A DNA stretch of 42,568 nucleotides from a bacterium (lineage in GTDB: Bacteria > Patescibacteriota > Minisyncoccia > CAIUEV01), in the NCBI GenBank assembly GCA_021779255.1, contig JAJYBC010000003.1, positions 1 to 42,568 of the forward strand, written 5' to 3'. Every line of letters begins with the position of its first letter. Position 1 is the first letter of the stretch. The position numbers and the translations under genes were made by a program. The notes beneath the pieces are model-generated. The model did not search any database, was not told where the DNA came from, and saw nothing but the letters and a program-made list of their open reading frames with translations. Positions 28,361 through 37,094 of this stretch are shown here, one piece after another.

Positions 28361-28388
28361 GTAACGACAGGTCGCGACCTGTTGTTAC
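28361..28388. repeat. REP family B, 28-bp palindrome GTAACGACAGGTCG|CGACCTGTTGTTAC (unamplified)
   Basis: GTA..TAC ends, GGTCGCGACC centre, one mismatch. Confidence 0.85.
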
Positions 28389-28461
28389 AAGAGCAGTTTG
28401 TATTTTTTATATATTTGATGTATTTTATTCACGATAATCATAATATTTTTAAACATCCTCT

Positions 28462-31400
28462 ATGTTTTCTCCTGTCGACCCTAAAATATTACCTTCCGAT
28501 CGCGAAAAAAAAATTCTTCGTTTTTGGAAAAAATATAAGACTTTTGAAAAATCCATCGAAAACCGTCGGGAAGCTAAGACTTACAGCTTTTTTGACGGGC
28601 CGCCTTTCATCACCGGAGTACCTCATTTCGGAACCATTTTATCTTCGGTAGCCAAGGATGTTGTTCCTCGCTATTGGACGATGAAAGGTTTTCGCGTTGA
28701 TCGGCGCTGGGGTTGGGATTGTCACGGACTTCCCGCTGAAAATTTAGTTGAGAAACATTTAAAGATCAAAAGCAAAAGAGAGATCGAAGAGAAAATAGGC
28801 ATTGAGAAATTTGTCAAAGAATGTTTCCGCGTTACCGAAAAAATTGCTGGTGAATGGGAAGAAATTATCGATCGAATCGGCCGATGGGTCGATTTTAAAA
28901 ACGCTTACAAGACTATGGATCCGGAATATATGGAGTCGGTTTGGTGGGCTTTTAAGGAACTCTATAACCGAGGTTTAATCTATCAAGATAGTCGAATTTC
29001 TCTTTACTGTCCTCGTTGCGCCACCCCTTTAGCTAATTTCGAAATCGCCATGGATTCCAGTTATGAAGACGTGGAAGATATTTCTTCTTTCGTGCGTTTT
29101 GCTTTGTTGGAATCAGCTAAGGAAAAATTAAATTTAGCTTTAAACTTGGAAGCTTATTTTGTCGCTTGGACTACAACTCCTTGGACTCTTTTGGCTAACA
29201 CCGCTTTGGCTGTTAATTCTAATTTGGATTACGTGATCGTCAATCAAAAAGTCGACGGTAAAAGCCAATATTTAATTCTCTCCGCAACCGGTTGGCGAAG
29301 AATAAAAGAAAAACACAAACTTAAAGGTCGAATTGTTCGTCGTGTCAAAGGAGTGGAGCTTTTAGGATTAGATTACCAAAAATATCTAGATTTAATCCCA
29401 GAAATTATTGGACAAGTTCAAGATCAAAAAAATTTCTCCAAAAAATCTTCGCCCATTCAAGGTTGGAAAACGGTCGCTGGTGATTTTGTCAGCAACGAAG
29501 AAGGCAGTGGCATTGTCCATTTAGCTCCCGCCTTTGGCGAAGAAGATTATAATTTGGGAAAAAGCGAAAATTTACCTTTTATCTTAAATGTCGATGAGGA
29601 AGGCGCTTTTACAGACGGTAAATTTAAAGGTCGCAAAGTCTGGGAAGCTAATATTGAAATTCTAGCCACTTTAGAAAAACAAGGCTTGGTCCTAGCTAAA
29701 GAAAAAATTGTTCACAGTTATCCTTTTTGCCATCGTTGTCACACCAAACTAATTTATAAAATTCAACCGGCGTGGTTTTTACAAATCGATTCTTTGAAAA
29801 AAAAGCTAACTGCCACTAATGAAGAAATTAATTGGCATCCGGAATATTTAAAACACGGACGTTTTTTAAAAGGAATCGAATCCGCTCCCGATTGGAATAT
29901 TTCTCGTAATCGCTACTGGGGAACGGCTATTCCTGTTTGGCAGTGCGAGAAATGTCAAAAAGAAATTGTTGTCGGATCTTACGAAGAGCTTTATCAACTT
30001 TCCGGTCAGAGACTGGAAGATTATCATCGACCAAATGTGGACAATATTACTTTCAGTTGCCCCGACTGTGGCGGTTCGATGAAGAGAGTTCCTCAAGTGC
30101 TTGATTGTTGGATGGAATCAGGATCGATGCCTTTTGCGGAAAGACATTATCCCTTTGAAAATCAGGAGGATTTCAATCAAAAATTTCCAACTGATTTTGT
30201 GGCGGAATATGTTGGTCAAACCAGAGCTTGGTTCTATGTTTTACACGTTTTAGCCACTGCCCTTTTTGATAAACCAGCCTTCAAAAATGTAGTTACTACT
30301 GGGGTATTAGCTGGGGAAGACGGCCGTAAAATGTCAAAATCGCTGGGCAATTATTCGGACCCTAAGGAAGTTTTAGATAAATACTCAGCTGACGCTTTAC
30401 GTTTTTATTTGATGAGTTCCCCCATCATGGAAGGGGAAAATTTGGATCTTTCTATTGATAAAATTGCCGAGATTCAAAAAGGCCTTTTGCGAGCTTGGTG
30501 GAACTCTTATTTTTTCTTTGTCACTTATGCTCGTTTGGATAAATGGCAACCAAACAAAGAAGCTCCTTTTCGGTGGAGCGAGCCTCAATCCTTTAAAGAA
30601 GCTTGGCAGAAACCCGTTTCTGTCCTTGATCGTTGGCTTCTTTCCGAGTTGCATACTCTAATTCAAGAGATGAACAATTTAATGGATAATTACGCCATTG
30701 CCAAAGCTTCTCGTCTAATCCCGCCTTTCATTGACAAACTTTCTAACTGGTATATTCGTCGCAGTCGCAAACGTTTTTGGAAAAGCGAAAATGACCTCGA
30801 TAAAGGCGAGGCTTATCAAACTCTTTACGAGTCACTTGTTAAAATTAGTCAGGTCAGTGCTCATTTTATGCCTTTTCTAACGGAAGAAATTTATCAAAAT
30901 ATCAATTCGATTGATACTCAGAATGATCCGGGAGCCAATTCTGTTCACCTAACCGATTTTCCAACACCAAATCTGATGCTTCTCGACGAAAAATTGAATC
31001 TTGATATGGAAAGAATTAGACAAATTGTCACTCTCGGTTTATCATGTAGAGCTAAAGCCGGTATCAAAGTTCGTCAACCGCTGCAAACTCTTTTGGTGGA
31101 AAATAAAGGAGATATTGGTGATGATCTCTGGAATCTGGTTAAAGACGAGATTAACGTAAAAGAAATTGAAGAAAAAGAAAATCTAAAAAAAATTATCACT
31201 GAAAATCAATTAGATAAAAAATTCTTTGGTATCACCGAAAAAGAGGAAGCTGTTGCCTTGGATTCTCACATTAGCAAAGACCTGAAGTTGGAAGGAGAAA
31301 TGAGAGAATTAGTTCGCCAAATTCAAGAAGCTCGAAAGAAAGCCGGCTTTCAAATTGAAGATCGAATTATTCTAGGCCATCTTGGAAAAGAAGAGATTTT

Positions 31401-31548
31401 CAACCGATTCGGCTATATTATCGGCATTGAAGTCCTAGCCGAAAAAATTCTTAACCAAAAATTACCTAACAAAGAATGTGAGTTTGAATTTAAATTAGGA
31501 GATAAAAATGTCAATATTACTCTTTGCAGGATCAAAACACAAGCCTAA
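28462..31548 (+). CDS. ileS: Isoleucine--tRNA ligase (IleRS2 type)
   Basis: DGPPF..G.PHFGT, GWDCHGLP, WTTTPWTL, WNISRNRYWG, GQTRAWF, KMSKS and WYIRRSRKRFW. Confidence 0.97.
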   Translation: MFSPVDPKILPSDREKKILRFWKKYKTFEKSIENRREAKTYSFFDGPPFITGVPHFGTILSSVAKDVVPRYWTMKGFRVDRRWGWDCHGLPAENLVEKHLKIKSKREIEEKIGIEKFVKECFRVTEKIAGEWEEIIDRIGRWVDFKNAYKTMDPEYMESVWWAFKELYNRGLIYQDSRISLYCPRCATPLANFEIAMDSSYEDVEDISSFVRFALLESAKEKLNLALNLEAYFVAWTTTPWTLLANTALAVNSNLDYVIVNQKVDGKSQYLILSATGWRRIKEKHKLKGRIVRRVKGVELLGLDYQKYLDLIPEIIGQVQDQKNFSKKSSPIQGWKTVAGDFVSNEEGSGIVHLAPAFGEEDYNLGKSENLPFILNVDEEGAFTDGKFKGRKVWEANIEILATLEKQGLVLAKEKIVHSYPFCHRCHTKLIYKIQPAWFLQIDSLKKKLTATNEEINWHPEYLKHGRFLKGIESAPDWNISRNRYWGTAIPVWQCEKCQKEIVVGSYEELYQLSGQRLEDYHRPNVDNITFSCPDCGGSMKRVPQVLDCWMESGSMPFAERHYPFENQEDFNQKFPTDFVAEYVGQTRAWFYVLHVLATALFDKPAFKNVVTTGVLAGEDGRKMSKSLGNYSDPKEVLDKYSADALRFYLMSSPIMEGENLDLSIDKIAEIQKGLLRAWWNSYFFFVTYARLDKWQPNKEAPFRWSEPQSFKEAWQKPVSVLDRWLLSELHTLIQEMNNLMDNYAIAKASRLIPPFIDKLSNWYIRRSRKRFWKSENDLDKGEAYQTLYESLVKISQVSAHFMPFLTEEIYQNINSIDTQNDPGANSVHLTDFPTPNLMLLDEKLNLDMERIRQIVTLGLSCRAKAGIKVRQPLQTLLVENKGDIGDDLWNLVKDEINVKEIEEKENLKKIITENQLDKKFFGITEKEEAVALDSHISKDLKLEGEMRELVRQIQEARKKAGFQIEDRIILGHLGKEEIFNRFGYIIGIEVLAEKILNQKLPNKECEFEFKLGDKNVNITLCRIKTQA

Positions 31549-31583
31549 AAATTGGATTTTATACTATTTTTGCTAAAAATCGC

Positions 31584-32705
31584 ATGCAAAAAATTCGCCA
31601 AAAAGCCGACGGTATTTTAATTATCGCTAATATAGCCCTAGTCGTGGCCGGTCTGGTTTTAATTGCTTCGGCTGGTATTGCTCGCTCTCTTTCTGTATAT
31701 GGAGAGCCTTATTATTACCTTTCTCACCAGTTTTTTTATGGTTTTATTCCTGGAATGATCGCTTGGTTTTTCTTTCAAAATCTGGATTATAAAATTTGGC
31801 AAAAATGGGCTTTTCCTTTTTTTCTCACCACAATTGCTCTTTTAATCATTGTTTTTATTCCTGGCATTGGCTCCACTCTCAAAGGAGCCCAGCGCTGGAT
31901 TAATTTAGGTGGACTTTCTTTTCAGCCAACCGAGCTTTGCAAACTTTCTTTGATCATTTACCTTTCCGCTTGGTTATCCTCTCATCGCCAAAAAGCTTAC
32001 GAATCTCTCAGTGGTTTTTTAGGTTTTATTTTGATTATGGGAATCTTGGCCATTTTAATCATGAAACAACCAGATATGGGAACTTTGGGAATTATTTCCA
32101 TTACGGCTTTTTGGATTTATTTCGCTAGCGGAGCTCGCTTTCGCTACTTATTTTTGATAATTTTTGGCGGAATTTTCGCTTTTTGGACGATGATTCACTT
32201 GGCACCTTACCGCGCCGAAAGACTAATGACCTTTCTCGATCCCAGCGCCGATATGCAAGATAAAGGCTATCAAATAAATCAGGCTTTGATCGCTTTAGGA
32301 TCGGGAGGAATTTACGGTGTGGGTCTTGGCCATAGTCGTCAAAAATTTAATTATTTACCAGAGCCGGTCAACGATTCAATTTTTGCTGTTTTAGGTGAAG
32401 AGCTGGGGATGATTGGTTGTGTTTCTCTAATTTTTCTTTTTTTTATTTTAGGTTGGAGAGGTTTCTGGGTAGCCAAAAGAGCTCCCGATATGTTCGGTCG
32501 GTTACTGGCTACGGGCATCACTTCTTGGTTTATCTTTCAAGCTTTTATTAATATTTCCGCTATTTCAGCGCTAATTCCTCTAACGGGAGTTCCTCTACCT
32601 TTTATCAGCTACGGTGGTTCATCTTTAATTTTTGCCATGGCTGGAATGGGTATTTTATTGAATATTTCAAAACAAAGCAATATTATTCCTAACAAAAAAT
32701 ATTAA
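31584..32705 (+). CDS. ftsW: SEDS family peptidoglycan polymerase FtsW
   Basis: GAQRWI, FQPTEL.K, QPDMG, YLPE..NDSIFA..GEE and PLTGVPLPFISYGGSS; ATG at 31584. Confidence 0.9.
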   Translation: MQKIRQKADGILIIANIALVVAGLVLIASAGIARSLSVYGEPYYYLSHQFFYGFIPGMIAWFFFQNLDYKIWQKWAFPFFLTTIALLIIVFIPGIGSTLKGAQRWINLGGLSFQPTELCKLSLIIYLSAWLSSHRQKAYESLSGFLGFILIMGILAILIMKQPDMGTLGIISITAFWIYFASGARFRYLFLIIFGGIFAFWTMIHLAPYRAERLMTFLDPSADMQDKGYQINQALIALGSGGIYGVGLGHSRQKFNYLPEPVNDSIFAVLGEELGMIGCVSLIFLFFILGWRGFWVAKRAPDMFGRLLATGITSWFIFQAFINISAISALIPLTGVPLPFISYGGSSLIFAMAGMGILLNISKQSNIIPNKKY

Positions 32706-32706
32706 C

Positions 32707-32734
32707 GCAGGGGCGTATTGCAATACGCCCCTAC
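32707..32734. repeat. REP family A copy (1 mismatch), 1 bp after the ftsW stop
   Basis: GCAGGGGCGTATTGCAATACGCCCCTAC. Confidence 0.93.
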
Positions 32735-32806
32735 AATTTCTTTACAATTTTTATTTTTCCTTTATTATTAAATAGATAATTTATTTCTAACTTCTAAAAG
32801 AATAAA

Positions 32807-33352
32807 ATGTATATCGCTATTATAGCCGTTTTAGTTGTTGTAATCTTAGCTATCGGTATCTATAATTCTCTCATAACCCTTAAGAATAAAACCGAGGAAG
32901 CTTGGTCCGATATTGATGTTCAATTGAAGCGTCGTTACGATCTGGTTCCTAATTTAGTAGAATCCGTTAAAGGTTATGCCAAACATGAGCAAGGTACTTT
33001 TGAAAAGATAACTGAATCGCGCAGTCAAGCTATGCAAGCCAACACACCGGCCGAGAAAGCTAAGGCGGATAATGCGCTTACTGAAACTCTCAAAAGTTTG
33101 TTCGCTGTCGCCGAAAATTATCCCGATCTGAAGGCCAATCAAAATTTCTTAGATTTACAAAATCAGCTGTCTCAGTTGGAGGAAACTATCCAACAAGCTC
33201 GTCGCTACTATAACGGCAATGTTCGCGATTTCAATATTAAGATTGAAGTTTTTCCCAACAACTTGTTCGTAGGGATATTAGGTTTCAAGAAATTTGAATT
33301 TTTTGAAGTTGGGGAAGCCAAAGAGAAAGAAAATGTGAAAGTCGAATTTTAA
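32807..33352 (+). CDS. lemA: LemA family protein
   Basis: N-terminal TM, AWSDIDVQLKRRYDLVPNL, AENYPDLKAN and ARRYYN. Confidence 0.95.
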   Translation: MYIAIIAVLVVVILAIGIYNSLITLKNKTEEAWSDIDVQLKRRYDLVPNLVESVKGYAKHEQGTFEKITESRSQAMQANTPAEKAKADNALTETLKSLFAVAENYPDLKANQNFLDLQNQLSQLEETIQQARRYYNGNVRDFNIKIEVFPNNLFVGILGFKKFEFFEVGEAKEKENVKVEF

Positions 33353-33353
33353 T

Positions 33354-33379
33354 GTAGGGGCGTGTTGCAAAACGCCCAT
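33354..33379. repeat. REP family A degenerate copy, 1 bp after the lemA stop
   Basis: GTAGGGGCGTGTTGCAAAACGCCCAT. Confidence 0.85.
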
Positions 33380-33416
33380 GTGTCCCGTAAAATAATTTAA
33401 CCTTTCACGAAAAATT

Positions 33417-33782
33417 ATGTCTCAAGAAAAAAAACCAAGCGAAAATAAAAATCATAATGATCATAATGATAAAGATGTCCAAGAAAACAAAGCCATTGCT
33501 TTTTTGAGCTATTTGTCTATTCTTTGCCTCATTCCTCTTTTGGCCGGTAAAGAGAGTAAATTTGCCCAATTTCACAGTAAACAAGGTTTAATTCTTTTTA
33601 TCGTTTGGATCTTGGCCTCTTGGATTTCCGGCTTTATACCGATAATCGGTTGGTTTTTACTAGCTCCTATTGTAACTATTACCGGTCTAGTTCTCTCTAT
33701 TATCGGTTTACTCAATGTTGCCCACGGAGAGACCAAGGAACTACCCATTATTGGTGATATTGTCAAAAAATTCAATATCTAG
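33417..33782 (+). CDS. DUF4870/Tic20-like membrane protein
   Basis: NKAIAFLSYL, FHSKQGL, IPIIGW and ELPIIG. Confidence 0.8.
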   Translation: MSQEKKPSENKNHNDHNDKDVQENKAIAFLSYLSILCLIPLLAGKESKFAQFHSKQGLILFIVWILASWISGFIPIIGWFLLAPIVTITGLVLSIIGLLNVAHGETKELPIIGDIVKKFNI

Positions 33783-33840
33783 TATCAAAAAAGATTATTT
33801 AAACAAGACCCGTTTTCTTTTAAAGAAGCTTAGATAAAAT

Positions 33841-33872
33841 AAATTTATTTGTATTAAAATTTATTTGTATTA
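33841..33872. repeat. 16-bp direct repeat x2 (AAATTTATTTGTATTA) upstream of 33894
   Basis: Read directly; AT-rich, significance unknown. Confidence 0.7.
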
Positions 33873-33893
33873 AATAATTTTTCAAAAACAAAA

Positions 33894-34232
33894 ATGGAAA
33901 TAAAAGGCCTTAATCCAACTCCCATTTCCGAAAACCGCAGTAGGTTTGTCCTGATTGCTCTTTTGGCAATCATGGTTCTCTTCTTATTAGTTGTGCTTTA
34001 CTTTATGAAACAAAAAAACCTGGGGGAAGTTAACATATCTCAAGAAAATCCCGCTAAAAAACAGTACGCGCCTTCTCTTGAAGAATTAACTCGTTTGACC
34101 ACTGCACCCGAGAATTTAAACATTAAGCCCAGCCCTGAAATGGTTATGGCATCATCGTCTTCCGAAGAAAGTGTTCACGTAAAAGTTGATAAAAATCTAA
34201 TCGACGCTCTCACTGCCCCTTCCAAAAATTAA
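33894..34232 (+). CDS. Single-TM hypothetical protein
   Basis: ORF with one TM and internal LTAP-like repeats. Confidence 0.7.
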   Translation: MEIKGLNPTPISENRSRFVLIALLAIMVLFLLVVLYFMKQKNLGEVNISQENPAKKQYAPSLEELTRLTTAPENLNIKPSPEMVMASSSSEESVHVKVDKNLIDALTAPSKN

Positions 34233-34250
34233 ATTTTTTATTTTAATTCA

Positions 34251-35669
34251 ATGAAAAAAACCAAAAAGAAAAAATCAAAGATAGTAAACGCCAAGGATAT
34301 AAAAACGCTATACACAAAGAACGTAGCGTCGTTACGTTCTCACTACGGGATTAAAAAAATTGTTTTATGGAGCGTTCTGTTTTTTCTTTTCGTAGGATTT
34401 ATTGTGGCCAAAGCTGATTCTTGGCCTTTTACCGGTAAAAGTTTCAGTTGGATCGGTAATAACGTTATTGATACCAATCAAGGAAGGATTGAGCGAGGAG
34501 ATCCGGTTATTGGTATGGTTAAGATGAACGGTGATAAATATAAAGTGAGCATCGAAGGCACTGGGCCGACCAGAACTGTTACTGGCGCCGCTTGGTTCGG
34601 CATTGGTAGTAAAGATGATAAATTTGAAGATTTTTCCGACCAAAACGATCTCCCTTCTCTTGGTTGGATCCTTTTTAATGAAGGAACCCCGAGCAACAAT
34701 TGTTTCGGAATAGGAGATTGCCACGCCGCTCAATGGAATAAACGCGCCGGAACACCCGACGGCAGTATGGAAGGATATCTCTCCGGTTGGGCTAAGATGA
34801 AAATTGGACCGAATGGTGATGGTAGCGCTTATCCTGACACTTGGGTTCATTTTAAAGCTCCTCAGAATTTAACTAATTATTCTTGCTCTGGCAATCATTA
34901 CTATGTTTGTATGGACACGGCTGGGAGAATGGAGGGTTATGCTTGGTCAGCCGGCACTGACTCCGATACTATAGACGGCAACCCTGGTTTTGGTTGGATT
35001 AATTTCAATAAACAGTTTGCGGGTGTTTCACCGGATGCTTACAGCACTCCTCAAATCACTTGTCGCACTATTTTCGATTCCGGCAATAAATGCCAGAAAG
35101 ATAACGGTTTTACGGGAGAATTTAAATTTAAGGCCGTTTATCAAGGAACCAATGATCCGGGAAATACTTTACGCTGGTTTTGCAAGGATGGCGATACACC
35201 CAAAGCTGGAGCTAATGTTAGTTGTACTTATTCGGAAACGGGAACTTACCAACCGAAATTGGAATATTGGAATCTGAGCGATAATAAATGGGAAACATGC
35301 TCCAGTGAAGCTAAGGTGACAGTGGTCTCGGAACCGAAATGTCAAGTTTTGGTCAATCCAATCGGTACTAATACTGATGAACTAAGTAATTACAGTTCTC
35401 GAACAAGTCTTTCCAAGGGCGACTCCGCTTATGCGATGATCAATAAAGATTGTCTTAACAATGAGTCGGTTTCTTGGAGTTTGACTAATGGACAAAAACT
35501 TAGTGGCAGTGGCTCAAACGACACTAAAATCACTGTTGGATCGGTTGATTTAGGTGTAATGACTATTTCGGCTACGGCTAAAGATCAAGCTACTAGCAAA
35601 AATTACCCTTGTGATTCAGCTAATATTACCGTCAAAAGTGGCGCCAAAGATCAAGTGAGAATCCGATAA
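34251..35669 (+). CDS. Exported Cys-containing surface protein with GYAWS/GWI beta repeats and PKD/Ig-like C-terminal domains
   Basis: Signal/TM ending AKA; repeated GAAW..GWI, LSGWA and GYAWS..GWI; CTYSETGTYQPKL. Confidence 0.65.
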   Translation: MKKTKKKKSKIVNAKDIKTLYTKNVASLRSHYGIKKIVLWSVLFFLFVGFIVAKADSWPFTGKSFSWIGNNVIDTNQGRIERGDPVIGMVKMNGDKYKVSIEGTGPTRTVTGAAWFGIGSKDDKFEDFSDQNDLPSLGWILFNEGTPSNNCFGIGDCHAAQWNKRAGTPDGSMEGYLSGWAKMKIGPNGDGSAYPDTWVHFKAPQNLTNYSCSGNHYYVCMDTAGRMEGYAWSAGTDSDTIDGNPGFGWINFNKQFAGVSPDAYSTPQITCRTIFDSGNKCQKDNGFTGEFKFKAVYQGTNDPGNTLRWFCKDGDTPKAGANVSCTYSETGTYQPKLEYWNLSDNKWETCSSEAKVTVVSEPKCQVLVNPIGTNTDELSNYSSRTSLSKGDSAYAMINKDCLNNESVSWSLTNGQKLSGSGSNDTKITVGSVDLGVMTISATAKDQATSKNYPCDSANITVKSGAKDQVRIR

Positions 35670-35692
35670 ATTATATTTTTTAACAAAATAAA

Positions 35693-36337
35693 ATGCAAAA
35701 AACAATCGTGTATGTGGTCATTGGTTTGATTGTTGGTATCACTATTCATACCGTTTCCGCTTGGGTGGAACCTGATCAGATGCCTCCCGGCGGTAACATC
35801 GCCGCTCCGCTTAACACCGGTAATACCGGTCAATCAAAAATCGGCGGATTGATTATTGCCCTTGGTGAAGTTAAAGATATTGGTCTGGCTGTTATTAATG
35901 GTAAGTCCGGTTTTGGTACTGGTACTCCAACCGAAAGAGTGGATGTTAACGGCAATATTAAACTTAATGGAAGGATTATCGGACTTCAAGCTCCAACCGA
36001 TGCGAACGACGCGGTTAATAAAGGGTACGTAGACGCATTAGGCAGTGGTGGAGGAGGAACGTATGAAGCCTACAATACCACTAGTTGCGCACCTGGATGG
36101 ACAGTGGCATATACAGGGTTAACTATTTGGTCTTACGACACCTATTCTGTGGGGTCTGGGCATTGGTGTATGGCAGGATTAAAAGAAGATGACAATTTTG
36201 ATAATAATCCAAAAACTTTTGTCAGCGGTGGTGCCCATCATCTTAGTTTAGGTACGCCTCCTAATCTTGGATCTAGTTATACAGTTAAAGGAGCTTGGTG
36301 GAATGGAACTATTCCCTGTGCGGTTTGTGTAAAATAA
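35693..36337 (+). CDS. Exported fibre/adhesin-like protein
   Basis: Signal peptide, AWVEP..PPGGN..APLN, G.GT.TP..RVDVNG, P...NDAVNKGYVD, Cys-bounded C-terminal domain. Confidence 0.65.
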   Translation: MQKTIVYVVIGLIVGITIHTVSAWVEPDQMPPGGNIAAPLNTGNTGQSKIGGLIIALGEVKDIGLAVINGKSGFGTGTPTERVDVNGNIKLNGRIIGLQAPTDANDAVNKGYVDALGSGGGGTYEAYNTTSCAPGWTVAYTGLTIWSYDTYSVGSGHWCMAGLKEDDNFDNNPKTFVSGGAHHLSLGTPPNLGSSYTVKGAWWNGTIPCAVCVK

Positions 36338-36390
36338 AAAATGTAGGCACGTAACATACCACATACAGGTTGAATACAAATGTGTATTTT

Positions 36391-36418
36391 GCGGGGGCGT
36401 ATTGCAATACGCCCATCT
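36391..36418. repeat. REP family A degenerate copy flanking the RAYT 3' end
   Basis: GCGGGGGCGTATTGCAATACGCCCAT; a further decayed GTAGG.. copy may start at 36343. Confidence 0.85.
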
Positions 36419-36442
36419 GGGCGGGGTTATCCCGCCCTTTTT
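36419..36442 (+). terminator. GC hairpin plus T5 overlapping the RAYT stop
   Basis: GGGCGGG-GTTAT-CCCGCCC-TTTTT. Confidence 0.55.
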
Positions 36443-37014
36443 GATTGTTTGAAATTATTCCGATCATTTTCCCAATTGGTGGGGTTGCTTTTAATATATT
36501 CTTGGATACGTTCCAAATCAAATTTATCTTGAACAATATGTTCGTAATAATTACGTTGAAAAATTTTTCGACGATCAAAATGTTCGGTTTTTTCGTATAT
36601 TTGTGTCTCATTAATTTTTTTGGTTACGGTTGATTTGTATCCACGGACAATGGAACCCAAATTATTTTTGGGTGATTGAAACATCGGAGAAAATTGGGTA
36701 ATAATCGGTGTGGGTACATCCCGTAGGGGCGTATTGCAATACGCCCCTACAATGCGAATTATTACGTGAATATGATTCGGCATAATTATAAAATCACCCA
36801 ACTTGACATTTGTTCGTATTTTTGGTGTTTTTTGTAATTCGTCGTATGCAATTTTTCCAAATTTATTCAAATACATCTCCCCATTTTTGATTCGACCAAA
36901 CAAGCACTGCATTTGATAGGTGCAGATGGTGACAAAATACATTCCATTTTGGGAGTAATCATAATCTTTCAATCGTAAAGAATTGCGATAATATTTACCG
37001 GAAATAAATGTCAT
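36427..37014 (-). mobile_element. REP-associated tyrosine transposase (RAYT; Y1 HUH, IS200/IS605 superfamily)
   Basis: R.SLRL..YDYS..G.YFVTICT, HUH motif MPNHIH, FQRNYYEHIV, catalytic Tyr in YIKSNP; cognate palindromes nearby and inside. Confidence 0.92.
36723..36750. repeat. REP family A perfect copy inside the RAYT ORF, encoding VGAYCNTPL
   Basis: GTAGGGGCGTATTGCAATACGCCCCTAC. Confidence 0.97.
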
Positions 37015-37094
37015 AAAAAATCAAATATTATTTTATGACATCATACCAAATTGAATATTAAATTCTGATAAAAAGAAAATTAAAAAATCCTCAA

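Noticed and set aside
28342-28461. T-box leader for ileS
   Set aside because: Spacer is short, occupied by a REP, and lacks the T-box consensus
35693-36420. Diversity-generating retroelement target
   Set aside because: No reverse transcriptase and no template/variable repeat pair differing at adenines seen in the window
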